From positions 16,492,001 through 16,556,000 of the forward strand of contig OX597822.1 of the NCBI GenBank assembly GCA_951406725.2: a DNA stretch of 64,000 bases. Reading direction: 5' to 3'. The translations under genes were made by a program, and so were the position numbers. Positions 38,921 through 52,582 of the stretch are shown piece after piece. Numbering within the stretch: position 1 is the first letter of the stretch; every line of letters starts with the position of its first letter. Source of the stretch: Octopus vulgaris (lineage: Eukaryota). The notes under the pieces were generated by a model. That model did not search any database. It had not been told where the DNA came from and saw nothing but the letters and a program-made list of their open reading frames with translations.

Positions 38921-41400
38921 TGCGCCTTAAGCAATTCGCTTCTTTTCACGTTATTCCAATTTACTCTTGTGGAAATTAGTACAGGCCTACTGACTGTTTC
39001 AGCATTTTCTATCTCTAATTTTTACATCTTCGCTGATCAGCTGCGTCAATCTTTGGGGAGCCGAGAGTGTGTCTATGTCTCTTCATGACTAAACAGGTAC
39101 TAAGGCACTAAAGAATAGTATATTGTAGCAGCTAATTCTAGTGATGCCTGCGACTTTATATAATCTTCTGAATACAGAGAGATAGAAACACACATATCAA
39201 CCACATTAAATAAGTATAGCACAGAAGTCTCTATTCACTTGCAATACATTAGAATAAATTAAGTCAATATAGATTTCCATCGTATACATAAACTGTGGAT
39301 ATTTCAAATAGAATTTTCTCAAGCCATAAATATTGATGTTAGAATTAAATGTTCGACTACTTTTATAAAGTGCTCTGGTACTTCTTAAGAGATAATAAAT
39401 ATGCAATTCAATTCGCAATATTACTGTCTATCTTAAGCAAAATAGGTTGGCAAATTCTATTAATCTAAATTCTATTAATCTAAATGTTAATTAATTCACT
39501 GCGTTTTCTTTACTATCTATGAACATTTAGCTAATATTATTCGGTCTATATATAATACTTAGTTTCAAATATTCTCTCACAAACCAATTCAGATATAGAT
39601 GCATATTAAATATATGCTTAAGCAGTTTATTCAACAACGAAATTTCGAGTTAGTTAATACGTAACAAACATTGAGGTAATGGTAGGTTTTATTATTTTGT
39701 TGTAATTCTTAGTGATATATATCCAAACGCTTCATATTATTTCATTAGTTCATTTATAATAGGGAATAGAAATTACAGGTGAATGCTTTTCTTTCAGTCT
39801 ACAAGAGTATATATCTAGTGTGTAAGAGAAAAGAAACTGGTTGATTGAGTCTACCTCCACATCGTTCTCTGGAGCTTCATATTGATTATGTAAAATATTG
39901 ATTTCGATTATAATACACTAATTATCCATAGTATTATATAAAATTAGCATCAAATACATCAGATCTAATAGGAGTTCATAGTTTTGTTTGTATTCAAAAA
40001 TAAAATATACGAAATAATACACAATCTAGAAATTCGAGTTAAAGAAACAACAGCTAATAATGATTTATCAACATATCTCTTTGCATGAACTTCCGTTCTT
40101 TGAATCACTTTCAGAGAGATAGAATCACATGGTTTGCTATCAGTTCGTCATTACTCATAATTCAAATAAATTAAGTTTACAAGTACAGTTCAGTTAATAG
40201 AAATGCACAAAAATTCTTTTAAAATTAACACATATTGAAATTACAAGACGCTTGTTTGTATTCAGATCAATATTGTCAGTGAGTTGATATAAATATTAAA
40301 GAGAAATAACGAGTGCTGCTTTATCATGTCATTTGTATAGCATTATTAATTGAACTTCAATGATTTTAACTCTAAAACCTTTATCAATCAAAACAAAATA
40401 TTTTGTAAAAATACACAATTTTAAGTATTTTTGTAATCTACACTTACGAATTAACCTGAATATTATTTCATTGGCAAGTTATTGCATTTATTTGGTAATG
40501 TGTTGCGATGTAGTGTTAGTATAACATACCGCAGAAGATAAAACAAAATAATTACTTTCAAGCTACGCTGCTTGGCTAATATCTTGAGATATGTTTAATT
40601 GTATAATAAAATTATATGCTGTGCTGATACCAGTTTTGAATGCAAGGCAAAGATTTTAAGAAAGAATAACAAGAAAATTATTTCTATATAGCTAGCTAGA
40701 GGCGATCGCCTCTCGGCGCTAATCCACACTATTCCTCTAGACTGCCACGTTAGTTTGGCAATAAATATTAATATTTCTATTTTTAACTGCTATTAAGCAT
40801 TACTATTTCATTACTGGGAATAAACCTACTTAACCTATATTGCATGTTACTGGTAACTCCCTGTTAAACTATGTGAAACGAATGTATGTTATGAAAACAG
40901 TAAACTAATGCCATTTGCATTGTTCTTTCACTCTAACACATAAACACCAAAACAATAGACTACCGGCATCAAGTGTTTGCTCAAGACTATTTCTAAAATG
41001 CTTTCGGAGTGTCGGGAGTAATGCAAATAATGCTTTATTGACAATACACTCTAAAAGATTTGTTGAAAGGGTTCATTCATGGCTTCAATAAAACCCAACA
41101 TATTTGTATCAATTCGTCAAAAGCCTGCGCCATGTTTATGTTTTTAAAAGCCACACTTGGCGGTTATATCGTTCTCTTCACGATGATTTTACTCCACATA
41201 ATATGTCCATGCGTGTACGTGTGCACATTTGTATTTATATATATGCGAAGAGAATTCTAATTTGACAATCTTATTAGTCCATAGTTATGAAAATCCCCAT
41301 ATTGGATTCAGAGTATTATATAAATGAATATATTAACATTCTTAAACCACGGACACTGTCGATTCAGCAAGGCGAAAATTCACTACGCATCATCGGAGAA

Positions 41401-41479
<79 letters not shown>

Positions 41480-41484
41480 TCTTT

Positions 41485-41695
41485 TATTCCTTTATTTGTT
41501 TCAGACATTTGACTGTAGCCATGCTGGAGCATCACCTTTACTCGAGCAAATCGACCCCAGCACTAATTTTTGTAAGCCTAGTACTTATTCTGTCGGTCCT
41601 TTTTGCCGAACCGCTATATAACAGGGCCGAAAGCACAGCAATATTTGTTGCCAAGCGATGGTGGGATGACAAATACAGACACACAAATATAGATA
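41485..41695 (-). mobile_element. SINE family B, 3' half
   Basis: Homologous to 110-310. Confidence 0.85.
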
Positions 41696-42404
41696 AATAG
41701 ATAGATAATTATTTTTCTATTTATAGAAACAAAATGAAACCAACTCGATAGGTCAACGAAGAAAGAATTTAAACACGCATGTGTGTATACGTATGTATAT
41801 ACATACATAAATTGATAGTTGTACGTGTGCATATATAAATATATATAAATATGTATATATAAATGTGTGTATTATGCAATAAAATTGGTTATAGAACTAG
41901 ATACGGATTTTAGGATAAGAATGTTTTTAGGCAAATCTAAAAATCGACCAATAAATTCATCTTGTCTTATTTTAACTCTGGATATGAAGTGGTTCAATCG
42001 GTGTAACTGTTGACCGAAGATGGATGCATTAAAATCCAGACATTATTGTTGTTTTATGACATTAATTAACATTAATTGCGCATGTTACCCGTCTTTTCTT
42101 CGTGTTAATGAGGGGGTCTCGGCGTAGTGGTTCCAAAGGTTAGAAATTGGAGAAACACTTTTAAAAATGTGTCGCCATCGCTGGAATGCATTTCGTTATA
42201 TGCAGTTCGTCTTGATCCTGAATGACCTGGAGTTACACAACAACTGCTACAAGATGTCTTTGAAGTAACTCTTCATAGGCATTTTTCTACTTCACAGCCA
42301 ACGTAGCTGTTTCTGAAAAAAATCGCCATCCGTAAAATATTGATTTCAAGAATATTGAACCCAACTCAACACAGTCGAAGAGTTTATTGATTACATTTAG
42401 AAAT

Positions 42405-42872
42405 ATCGATTTCAAATTTTGGTACAAGGCAAGTTCGGGGCAGGAGGTAAGTCGATAACATGGAGTCCAATACTCGACTGTTACCTATTTTATCCACCGC
42501 GAAAGGATGAAAGTTGACCTCGGCGGAATTTGAACTCAGAATGTAAAGAGGAGCGAACTGTTGTTAAGCCATTTGCCCGGCGCAATAGCAGCTATAACAA
42601 CTCTGCCAGCTTACCGCCTTCATTACATTGGAAATATGCCTATTTCTTTACTACCCAGAAGGGGATAAACACAGAAGGGACAAATAAGGAGAGACAAAGG
42701 GATTAAGTCGATTACATCGACCCCAGTGCGTAACTGGTACTTATTTAATCGACCCTGAAAGGATGAAAGGCAAAGTCAGCCTCGGCGGAATTTGAACTCA
42801 GAACGTAACGGCAGATGAAATACGGCAAAGCATTTCGCCCGGCGTGCTAACGATTCTGCCAGCTCTCCGCCT
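42405..42872 (-). mobile_element. Two tandem SINE family A copies (42405-42620; 42638-42872)
   Basis: Both carry ctcggcggaatttgaactcagaa. The second has the alternative long tail and is bracketed by the duplicated cattacattggaaatat/cattatattggaaatat. Confidence 0.88.
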
Positions 42873-43439
42873 TCATTATATTGGAAATATACCACCACAA
42901 ACAGACGCCACTTGAACGTAGACAGTTAATGTCTCCATCTTAGCAGACAATGCTGTGTTTCGTGTAAAAGCAAGGGAGTCTTATTTCGCATAATATCACA
43001 GTTATATTCAATATTATGATTACACAATGTGATAGACCTTATAATTTAATCACTGCAAATTAAACTTATCGGCAAATATTCGATGGTTAATTATTGTTTG
43101 CCCAAAATAAATATATTCATTATTATCGAGAAAGCAATTAAGTTTGCTTTCTAGTGAGATTTAGATTCCAAGTGAGTCAGTTATGTATAAATAAATAAAA
43201 ATAATTACCCTAACCTTAATAGCTGAAACTCTATCGAATTAATAACACAATTTATTGAGGTATTAACTTCCGAGCTCTTGTCTGGTTCCTTATGACTTAC
43301 AACGTAGATATTAGTTACGATCTTGATCGTATCAGTTGCGGAAATAAACTTTCTCTCTCTTTCATGAATACATAAATAACTGAGAGCTAACTTAACTACA
43401 TTTCTAATTGAATGTAAACAAAATTTCAGCTACTCTCTC

Positions 43440-43484
43440 TCTTGTTCTGTCTGTCTCTCTCTCTCTCTCGTTCTGTCTCTCTCT

Positions 43485-43540
<56 letters not shown>
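43440..43540. repeat. (CT)n microsatellite
   Basis: Direct reading. Confidence 0.93.
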
Positions 43541-43544
<4 letters not shown>

Positions 43545-44007
43545 TTCAGGTAAACGGCTAACACTTTTGTTACGAAATATTGCAACATAAGATCCAGCAT
43601 CTTCCCTGACAAAGGTATACGGGTTCTCCATCCGATCTCAAGAACAACGAACTTCACTGTATAAAATTTTATAAAGGCTTGGCATAGTAACGCTATATAA
43701 ATATATTCCTTGATTTGCATTTCGTCTTTTTAAAGGTCAGTAAAATACATAATTATCTGAGAGTTGTGGCATTGCAGAATGGTTAGTCGTTCGGGTGAAA
43801 TACTTGAGGAAGTTATTTCGACTCTCAAACAATTCTACCATTCCACCACCCCGATTTAGTACTTTATTTTATCGACCACGATGATAAAGCAAAATCATTT
43901 TGGTACAATTAGACCTTAGGTGCCTGGGACAAACATCACATAATCTCTTGTTCTGCTCGTTAACCATTCTGGTATTTTGCCGTATAGATCAATATTTCTT
44001 CGCTGAT

Positions 44008-44135
44008 AATTCAGCCGAGGTCGACTTTGCCTTTTATCCTTTCGGGGTCGATAAATTAAGTACCAGTTGCGTACTGGGGTCGATCTAATCCACTGGCAGT
44101 CTCCCCAAAAATTTCAGGCCTTTTTCAGTAGAAAA
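44008..44135 (+). mobile_element. SINE family A 3' half
   Basis: ccgaggtcgactttgccttttatcctttcggggtcgataaattaagtaccagttg. Confidence 0.82.
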
Positions 44136-44324
44136 AAACCAAAAAGAATATTTCATTGCTGTTATGTTTGGGATCTTTTATTAAGTGGGAAACTTAATGT
44201 GCCGTCCTGTTTCACACCAATTTCTGGGCCTTGATATCTGTAGCGATGGAATTCAATCTACTGCGAGCATCCATGCCAGGCCACCCGTTTCTCCCTTCTT
44301 CCTACAAGTTTCAGAGGCCCATTG

Positions 44325-44540
44325 TGAAGGTGTGTTGCTTAGTAGTTAGGGTAGTTGCCTCACGATCGTAAGGTCATGAGTTCGATTCCCAGCAAGCTGT
44401 TGTGCTCATCTGGTGCTTATTTCTTCGACCCTGAAAGGATGAAAGACAACTTCTGTGGAATTTGAACTCAGATGTAAGACAGACGATATGCCGCTAAGCA
44501 CTTTGTCCATTGTGATAAAGGTTCCGCCAGCTCGCTGCTT
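44325..44540. mobile_element. SINE family D tRNA-like head (+) abutting a family A 5' half (-)
   Basis: tgcttagtagttagggt...gagttcgattccc, then tcgaccctgaaaggatgaaag...ccgccagctcgc. Confidence 0.7.
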
Positions 44541-45200
44541 TGTTCCAGCTCACCGCTATATGAACTCACAATAAAAAGCAAAACGGTAAAATAACATATT
44601 GCTATGAATGCATGACTTTATCTAAATTACTCAACAGGAAATATAACTTGTTCGTCCTGAATGAGTATTTAGATGTGTAATTGTGTAATGAGTTTATATA
44701 CTGGCGGTTTAGCAGATTGTAATTAATTAAATATATCACAGTCTCAGACACTTAAATGCAATTATTTCATAATGAATTCATTATTGCAATGATACATGTT
44801 TTCCAACAACTCCCAGTGGCTCACCCTTGTATAAATTAACGTAAATTGATATGTTTATCTGCTTTATATTACAGCAGATAAAACCTAATCCAAGGAGATC
44901 GGTGGTTGTCTGCGTCAGCAAGGCTTGTATAGTTTGGGAAAATGCCAAAGAAGGAGTAAAGTGAAACTGCCGTGGAAAGTGGAGTATCTAACTTTCCGGA
45001 CAGAGTCCATCTCCAACATAAAGCTGACAGGGAGCAAATAAAAGACTTTAGAGTTTGACATCACCTGTCTTTGAGAAACTGGATGCAATTTCTGTGTACA
45101 CTGAGTCACTTTTTTACATTACAATGATTTTATTGTTGTAACTCCATAGAGGATCCATATATGAATAATCTGACATACTTTAATCGCAACTGAAAAAATA

Positions 45201-45414
45201 TTAACACAAGTTGCACATTGTGTAAGATTTCTTGACACAGGCACTATTCTTCCTTCGTCGAGGATTCCTCATTTTATGTCCTCCATCCTCGTGGGATGAA
45301 GATTGCAATTTGTTCTCAGCTTGTAAAGCTGGTCTCAGTGCTTGCAACAGAAGCACATCCGCTAAAGTTGACCAAGGGTCAGATGGCGGTGTGAAATCAT
45401 GTGATGGATTACAT
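45201..45414 (-). CDS. Candidate terminal coding exon of an unidentified gene
   Basis: Unique non-repeat sequence with a ctaat...cgttag| acceptor, then an open frame CNPSHDFTPPSDPWSTLADVLLLQALRPAL...RNPRRRKNSACVKKSYTMCNLC*. No family recognised. Confidence 0.3.
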
Positions 45415-45486
45415 CTAACGCGCAATAGAGATCAAATACTCCCAAATTAGGATTAAAGATTTCCTTACAGACTTTTGCCTTCTATG

Positions 45487-45836
45487 TTTTGCTTGTTTCA
45501 TTCAAAGACTGCGGCCATGCTGGGGCACCACCTTGAAGAGTTTAATTGAGCAAAGTACTTATATTACTTAAAGCCAGGTACTCTTTTGCTGAACCGCTAA
45601 GTTGTGGGAACATAAAGAAACGAACACTGGTAGTGAAGCAGAGTTGGGGACAAATACTAACACAAAGACACACACACACATTGATATATACGAAGGGCTT
45701 CTTTCAGTTTCTGTCTATCATATCCACTCACAAAGTTTTGATCAGCAGCGGGGCAACAGCAGAAGACACTTTCCCGAGGTGCCACGCAGTGGGACTGAAC
45801 TCGAAACCATGTTGTTAGATTGCCAACCACACAGCC
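45487..45836 (-). mobile_element. SINE family B, diverged full length
   Basis: Homologous to 83-501, including the head (aaccacacagcc). Confidence 0.85.
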
Positions 45837-45890
45837 AAGCCTAAGAATTATGAAACGCTTCACGAATTTGAGTGTTATTATTGCACAGAG

Positions 45891-45944
<54 letters not shown>

Positions 45945-45947
<3 letters not shown>

Positions 45948-46878
45948 TAGTTTTATTTTTATAGCGTGCTTTCACTTCACTACCGAGCGCAGCTCTGTGT
46001 GCCTTGGGTATGTGTTGTGATTTGTTGTGGTGCTCTGGTGGTTACTGTATTGAAAGTGCTTTGCGTAGGATGTGTGCAGTGCCTAGTAGTGCAATTTTCT
46101 GTATGTTACATGTGTTTGTAAGTCCTGGTGCTTTTGTTATGTATTTGTCTGAATATTTTTTTATCATACCTAACGCGCCTACTATGATAGGAATTGTTTC
46201 TGTTTTTAGATTCCACATTCGAGTTGCCTCTATTTCCAGGTCTTTGAATTTTGAAAGTTTCTCCATTTCTTTATGAGAAACGTTGTCATCTGCCGGTATT
46301 GATACATCAATTAGAAAACATTTTTTTTCTTCATGATCTCTGACAACTATATCTGGTCTGTTGGCCTTAATTTCTCTATCTGTGTGTATCGGCATATCCC
46401 AGAGTATGGTTGCTTTCTCGCTTTCAGTGACCTTTTCTGCTGTGTGCCTATACCATCTTTTTTCTGTTGTTATTCCATAATGTTGGCATAGCTTCCAGTG
46501 TATGTAGGTCCCAACTGTGTCGTGTCTGTGAATATATTCCTTCTTAGCCAGGACTGGGCAGCCAGAGATAATATGATTTATTGTTTCTTGTCCACCTCCA
46601 CATATTCTGCAGTTACTTGTTACGATTCTTTTCCATGTTTTTGGTAATTTCTGGTGGGGAGACTTTGGTCTTGTGCTGCAATTAAAAATCCCTCTGTCTC
46701 TGCTTTGAGTCCTGACTTTCTCAACCATTGCTGGGATTCTTCTTTGTCTATTTCTTTTGCATTTAGTTTAGTCCAGTATTTGCCATGAAGGGGCTTTTTT
46801 TGCCATCGTTTTATCATGGTTCGTTGCTGTTCTAGTTTCAGTTTGGATTTCATTTGTTTTATACCTTTTGTTGTTTCT

Positions 46879-46910
<32 letters not shown>

Positions 46911-46970
46911 TACATATATGTTAGGTGGTATGATTTCTTGTTTGTATTTGTCAGCTTCCTTAAATACTGA
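45945..46970 (-). mobile_element. 5'-truncated R4/Dong-like non-LTR retrotransposon (restriction-like endonuclease end), frameshifted
   Basis: W..KPLHGKY, LKAETEGFLIAAQDQSLPTRNY, CCHC knuckle CRICGGGQETINHIISGC, RHD motif, RPDIVV...IDVSIP...EKLSK, PIIVGALG, QKIALLGTAHILRK*. Flanked on both sides by (TAA)n, the known Dong target. Confidence 0.93.
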
Positions 46971-47495
46971 GAATATTATTATCATCATTATTATTATTAT
47001 TAATATTATTATTATTACTACTACTACTACTACTACTACTACTACAACTACTACTACTACTACTACTACTATTATTATTATTATTATTATAAAGATGACA
47101 TTTATTCTCATCTAGCAGCAAATATGCTTCCGGAGTAAAAGGACATTCTAGAATTTTGTTCCATGTAATTCAGTAACGTGCTACATTTTCCCCTCGTAAA
47201 GCAATAACAACCTATAGTTCTGTCAGCTCCAGTCGAGTATCCAGCTATAATTGGAGCCGGATGATATTCAGATATTTTTATCAATTGAATTTAATGTTGA
47301 AATCTTATAATAACATTACAGGCTGCTGGCAATTTTGCCTTCATCAAAAAAATATTACTGCAATTTTTGTGTGTGGTTACATAGTACATAGTACAGAGTA
47401 GTTTCAATTTAATACTGGTACAAATATAGCAAGGAAATGTATAATCCATTTTTCCTCTAGCCTCAAGATTACTTTCCGTGCCAAAAATTGAAACC

Positions 47496-47545
<50 letters not shown>

Positions 47546-47546
<1 letters not shown>

Positions 47547-47830
47547 TTAACTCGGATTTCGTTGGAACTGCGTAAGCAAAGGTTGCTCTCTGTAACCTAT
47601 AGTACGATAGGGCTACCTGTTCTCTTCAACTACTTCGTACTTTTCTAAGAATCCTGGCCTTGCTAATAAAGCAAACTTTTTGCAACAGATCTACTGGACA
47701 CTCTATTCCCATTTTCTTTATATTCTTCTCAATAACTTTTGATATTTCCTCATGACTCCAACAATAATTGACACTACCTTCATCTTTTCATCTTCCACGG
47801 TCGGGTTATTTCGTATTTAAGAGGATTGTA
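47546..47830 (-). mobile_element. Second, different RLE-type LINE 3' fragment with (CTA)n tail
   Basis: With frameshifts: YNPLKYEITRPWKMK/KVVSIIVGV/EISKVIEKNIKKMGIECPVDLLQKVCFISKARILRKV..*, then a short UTR and the (TAG)n tract at 47497-47545. Confidence 0.75.
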
Positions 47831-48978
47831 TACATTTAGATATGAAAATAAACAGATCAACACACAGACGTATAAGAACAGATACATATGGAGACACGGA
47901 TCCACACATATAAAGATGTACATCTATACATACAAACATGGTACATAGTTACATAACACACACACACAAGGAGACAGAGGTGCATACATATACAAACACA
48001 TGCTCACACACACATGCATAGAAATACACAAACACGGGCATGCAAGCGCATAAATATGCAGGATACGTACATACAGATGCACACACATACATATATATAT
48101 ACATATGCATACACACACATATATACAAACATACACATGCAAACACACATATACATACATACGTACATGCATGCATGTATAGGCACACACACACACTGAC
48201 CCACACACATGCGCACAAACAAAAGGGAATGCAGTGTAAATAACGGACAGAGTCAAGACTATTGAAAAGGTTGCAAGACGCAACGAGAATTTTAGGAAGA
48301 TAAAAATAAGAAAAAGAATGGAAATTTTACCGGTGAGTGTGTTACATAATAAGGCACAAAAGGAAAATGACTCTCCCCAGACGCAACTGTATATATTTAC
48401 TTACGCGCCTTTCTTTTTAACTATCCTTCAGTCAAACGGTTGTGCAATATGGTTTACAAAGTACATATGGTTCACTTAATGAGAACGATGCGCATCATGT
48501 AGACAGCAACTGTCCATGGTCTCCGACACTCAGAATTGAGTATCGTTTTTCATCTGGGTGTTTGATTCAATAACTTGCCAAGTCACTCCCAGCGCTTTAT
48601 GACAAGTGGATGTTGAAGCCCGAACTCTCTGAGCTAAATTTAGCCCGAACGCTCACTGTGTATATATGTATGAATATACATACGTGTGTCTGCGTGTATA
48701 TGTGTGTGCCTCTGTGTGTATGTATGTGTGTGTGTGTGTGCGTGCACACGAGTATATAAAGCAGAGATGAAGTAAAATCAAACATATATATATATATATG
48801 CTACATTTGTGTGAGAGAATGTCCGTGTGTAAAATTTCATTGAGACTAATCTATATACTAAATCTGGAATCTTTGCCATGATGGTGAAACTAAATTAAAA
48901 AAACTAAAACAGCTACAGTTACTAAACTGCATAAACGTGATGTTTATCACCATAACTTTCCGAAGAAAAAGTACTGGT

Positions 48979-49011
<33 letters not shown>

Positions 49012-49262
49012 AAGAGAAAAACAACTAGTTTTAAATCTTTGAGCGAGATATAGATACATATACGAGAAATCAATATAAACCATTTTAATTTCATTTATAT
49101 GATGCATCTCATAAGATAGGATACGAGATGTTAGGTAGAGTTTAATATTAGCTTCATGAAGATTCCCAGAAAAAAAAAATTTTAATCCCCATCTCATTTC
49201 TATTTCAACTTATCTGTGTCGAAAATCAGCTTGAATTTCTAAATAACATAAGCAGATACTTG

Positions 49263-49299
<37 letters not shown>

Positions 49300-49399
49300 A
49301 TCAATATAGGGTGGCAAAAAAAATTTTGTAGAATTCTTTTGCCACCAGCGGCCTAGTAGGAAAAAATTAAAATAGTCATAGACCATTTTTAAGTTCAAC

Positions 49400-49550
49400 A
49401 TCAGCAATAAAGGAACGGCCATAATAGGCCATTCACCCACTAGAAATAACAGCCAAAGCTTCAACCGCAAATAAAATTAACTTTTATTTGCGGTTGAAGC
49501 TTTTTTATTTCTAGTGGGTGAATGGCCTATTATGGCCGTTCCTTTATTGT

Positions 49551-49554
<4 letters not shown>
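49400..49554. repeat. Near-perfect fold-back palindrome (~75-bp arms, 5-nt loop)
   Basis: atcagcaataaaggaacggcc...aagcttcaaccgcaaataaaa-ttaac-ttttatttgcggttgaagctt...ggccgttcctttattgttgat. Confidence 0.95.
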
Positions 49555-49598
<44 letters not shown>

Positions 49599-49869
49599 GG
49601 AATGCAGTCATGTTACATAAAGAATAGAGAAATTTACTCTCAAATTGTAAAGAGTGACATATTGCATTATATACTGATCTAAATTCATTAAGTATATACA
49701 AACAGTTATTCAAAATTTATAATTTAAACAACGTATACATTATACTAAAGGACATTATTTCTTTGTAGATTATCATCAATATACTTACAGTTCAAGGATT
49801 TAATTAAACATTAAATACTATATGTATCCGCTCATTTCTATATTTTCAATGAGTCCTGGTTTTCCGTCG

Positions 49870-50197
49870 CTCATAATGATGATTGTTCTAATTGATTCGA
49901 CCAACGGAACAGCCTGCTCGTGAAATTAACGTACAAGTGGATGAGTACTCCAGACACGCGTACCCTTAACGTAGTCTTCAGGGAGATTAAGCGTAATACA
50001 CCGATTGTGACAAGGCCCTTGTGACAAGGCCCTTGCTGGCCCTTTGAAATACCAGTACAACTCATTCTCCCTGCTGTGTGGACTGGAGCAGCATGAAATA
50101 AAGTGTCTTGCTCAAAGGCATAACGTTCCGCTGGTAATCGAATTCACGACCTTATGACCTGGAGCTGAACACGCTTACCACAAAGCCACGTTCCCTT
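49870..50197 (-). mobile_element. tRNA-derived SINE family D (CORE-like)
   Basis: The minus strand reads gtggctttgtggtaagcg...gtgaattcgattacc, then tttgagcaagacactttatttcatgctgctccagtccac. The head is related to 44325-44400. Confidence 0.8.
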
Positions 50198-50229
50198 CGC
50201 GACTGAGTACTATAATTAACAACATCGGC

Positions 50230-50520
50230 CAGCTGGCACCTCCTCCTTACTCATGTCTTTCTTGCAGTTGTGGACCCGCCGTAGTTTGAACGAAGCATTA
50301 ACAGATGCGATAAACACATTTGCCACCTCCGCCCCTCTTTCAGAGATAGCCACCGCCTAGACCAGGTCTGAGTTATAGACGCCACCCTGCCACCTCGCTC
50401 CGATTCTTCTCTATCTGGAGGTCTGGACCAAACACTCAGACCGCTACTATTTATATGTAGTGGTTCAGTCCATTCCCGCCGGGGGTAGGGTGGCATTGTA
50501 CTCTTGCACAACATCCACAC
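50230..50520 (-). mobile_element. Tx1/L1-clade LINE ORF2 fragment (post-RT region), frameshifted
   Basis: Joined frames give V(W)FGPDLQIEKN.SEVAG/RVASITQTWSRRWLSLK/GAEVANVFIASV, typical of the L1/Tx1 LG...NW...W..R.LSL.GR segment. Confidence 0.6.
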
Positions 50521-50769
50521 TAATAATCAAACAAAGAACCAAAATTTAACATTGTACTAACAGAATGCTTGAAAATCTTTGACGGGAACCAAATATCTCT
50601 TTCAAATCAATTTCTTTAGACAAAAACATGTGAAATCAAATTTACCGATTTGTATTTCTCATTTAAAGACATTATAGAAAATATACGGGTCTTAAATGAA
50701 CACCAAGATTTGAAGTTGAACACGCACGTTGTACTGAGAAACAAACAATATATTTCATACTATTTAAAA

Positions 50770-50998
50770 AGGTGACGAGCTGGCAGAAACGTTAGCATGC
50801 CGGGCGAAATGCGTAGCTATATGTCGTCTGCCGTTACGTTCTGGGTTCAAATTCCGCTGAGGTCGACTTTGCCTTTCATCCTTTCGGGGTCGATAAATTA
50901 AGTACCAGTTACGCACTGAGGTCGATGTAATCGACTTAATCCGTTTGTCTGTCCTTGTTTGTACCCTCTGTGTTTAGCCCCTTGTGGGTAGTAAATAA
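50770..50998 (+). mobile_element. SINE family A, long-tail subtype, with target-site duplication
   Basis: Full head to tail; flanked on both sides by aatatatttcatactattt(a/g)aaaa. Confidence 0.92.
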
Positions 50999-52339
50999 AA
51001 TATATTTCATACTATTTGAAAAATATAACCATTTAGTACTGCGAATATAATCAACAACTTTGATCGGCAGTATTTCTTCAATCTCTGAAATACTATTTAA
51101 CATTTTAGCATAGAAGTGGTATATTTGAAACATTTCTTCGTGCGATTATTCGTTGCATAAACGTGAAATTGCATATGGATGAGAAAATATGAACGGCGTT
51201 CTTACGTGCGCAGATACGATGTAAGTGAATTATTTCCAACAGAGAACGACCGCAAGATACTGGAATAGGTTAACCAAATATTTATTGTTGTATTGCAAGC
51301 ACCCGTGACATTTCCGATACTTATTATGTTTTAAATACCTGGGTATCGTTTAGACTTGATTCAATCTAGAGGTACAGACGATTTGGATAAATTCCAGAAT
51401 AATTCTATTACTTATGAATTCTAGAGGCATGAAAGGCAAAGCTGTCCCCAACGAGATTTAATGCAAAACAGTAGAAGCTAACTGAGAGAGGAAATTCCAT
51501 TATTATTTCAATTTTACCTTCCAGTTTTGACAAGCAGAACGCGCCAAAACTTTTGACCCTTCAAATAATTTTACCTTCAGTGCGGGAAACAGTTCAGCAA
51601 ATAATACCTTTTCCAAGAATACTGGTGAAAAAATATCAAACTATCATAACACCTAATTTCCCATCATTGTATTTTCCAACTCAATTCCAAAACAGCACTT
51701 CATGCAGATATACATATGTTCATTCCACAGGCCAATGTATAATTCTGTTCTCAAATATGCATTATTTCATAGGAATTATCAGGTAAGACTCTCATTTTTG
51801 TGGAGATTTTCTTTTTAAAATGTTGGTATTTTAGTATATATATATATATATATACGTATATACGTATATATACACACATATATATGTATGCGTACATATA
51901 TACATAACATACATACATACATGCCTACATACACCTGGGCAAATACACAGCACCTGTACCCAACACTCACGTTAGATCACGCTGTTACGTATGCGTTAAA
52001 CGTTCGACCCGAGGTAGGTTCTGCTGCATTGCCGCTGGATCTTGGAGTCAGTGACTTCGTCCTTCTAGGTTCACACATCAGATATTCCTTAAGGGAAAAT
52101 TTTCCAAAATGTTGGAAGCAAGTACAAGCAGAAGCAGTGCCTATTCCTAGGTTGCCCCGGCGGTAGTCCTTCGTTTAGATATAATCAGTGTTTGAAATAT
52201 CGAATCTCAGCCTTTTCATATTATGTTATTGCTACCTGTAATTATAGCCCAAAAGATCATCATGCATAAATAGTTGAGACTTGGTAGTGTTATGTGTGTG
52301 TGTGTGTGTGTGTGTGCGCGTGTGTTTGTGTGTGCGCGC

Positions 52340-52373
<34 letters not shown>

Positions 52374-52538
52374 ATGTACATATGAATGTGTGTATGTCAT
52401 GCGAGTATATATGTGTATGTATGTAGGTTTGTAAATAGATAGATATAGATGTATAAATGCATATCTAAAACATTTATACACATAAACACACATGTACGTT
52501 GTGATTTGTTTAAATATCGATGTGTTGTGTGTATGCAC

Positions 52539-52582
<44 letters not shown>

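Noticed and set aside
42110-42345. Second mariner-like fragment (WFQRLEIGET)
   Set aside because: A single short motif, insufficient to call.
48405-48655. Minus-strand exon suggested by a GTAAGT donor
   Set aside because: No open frame through to the donor.
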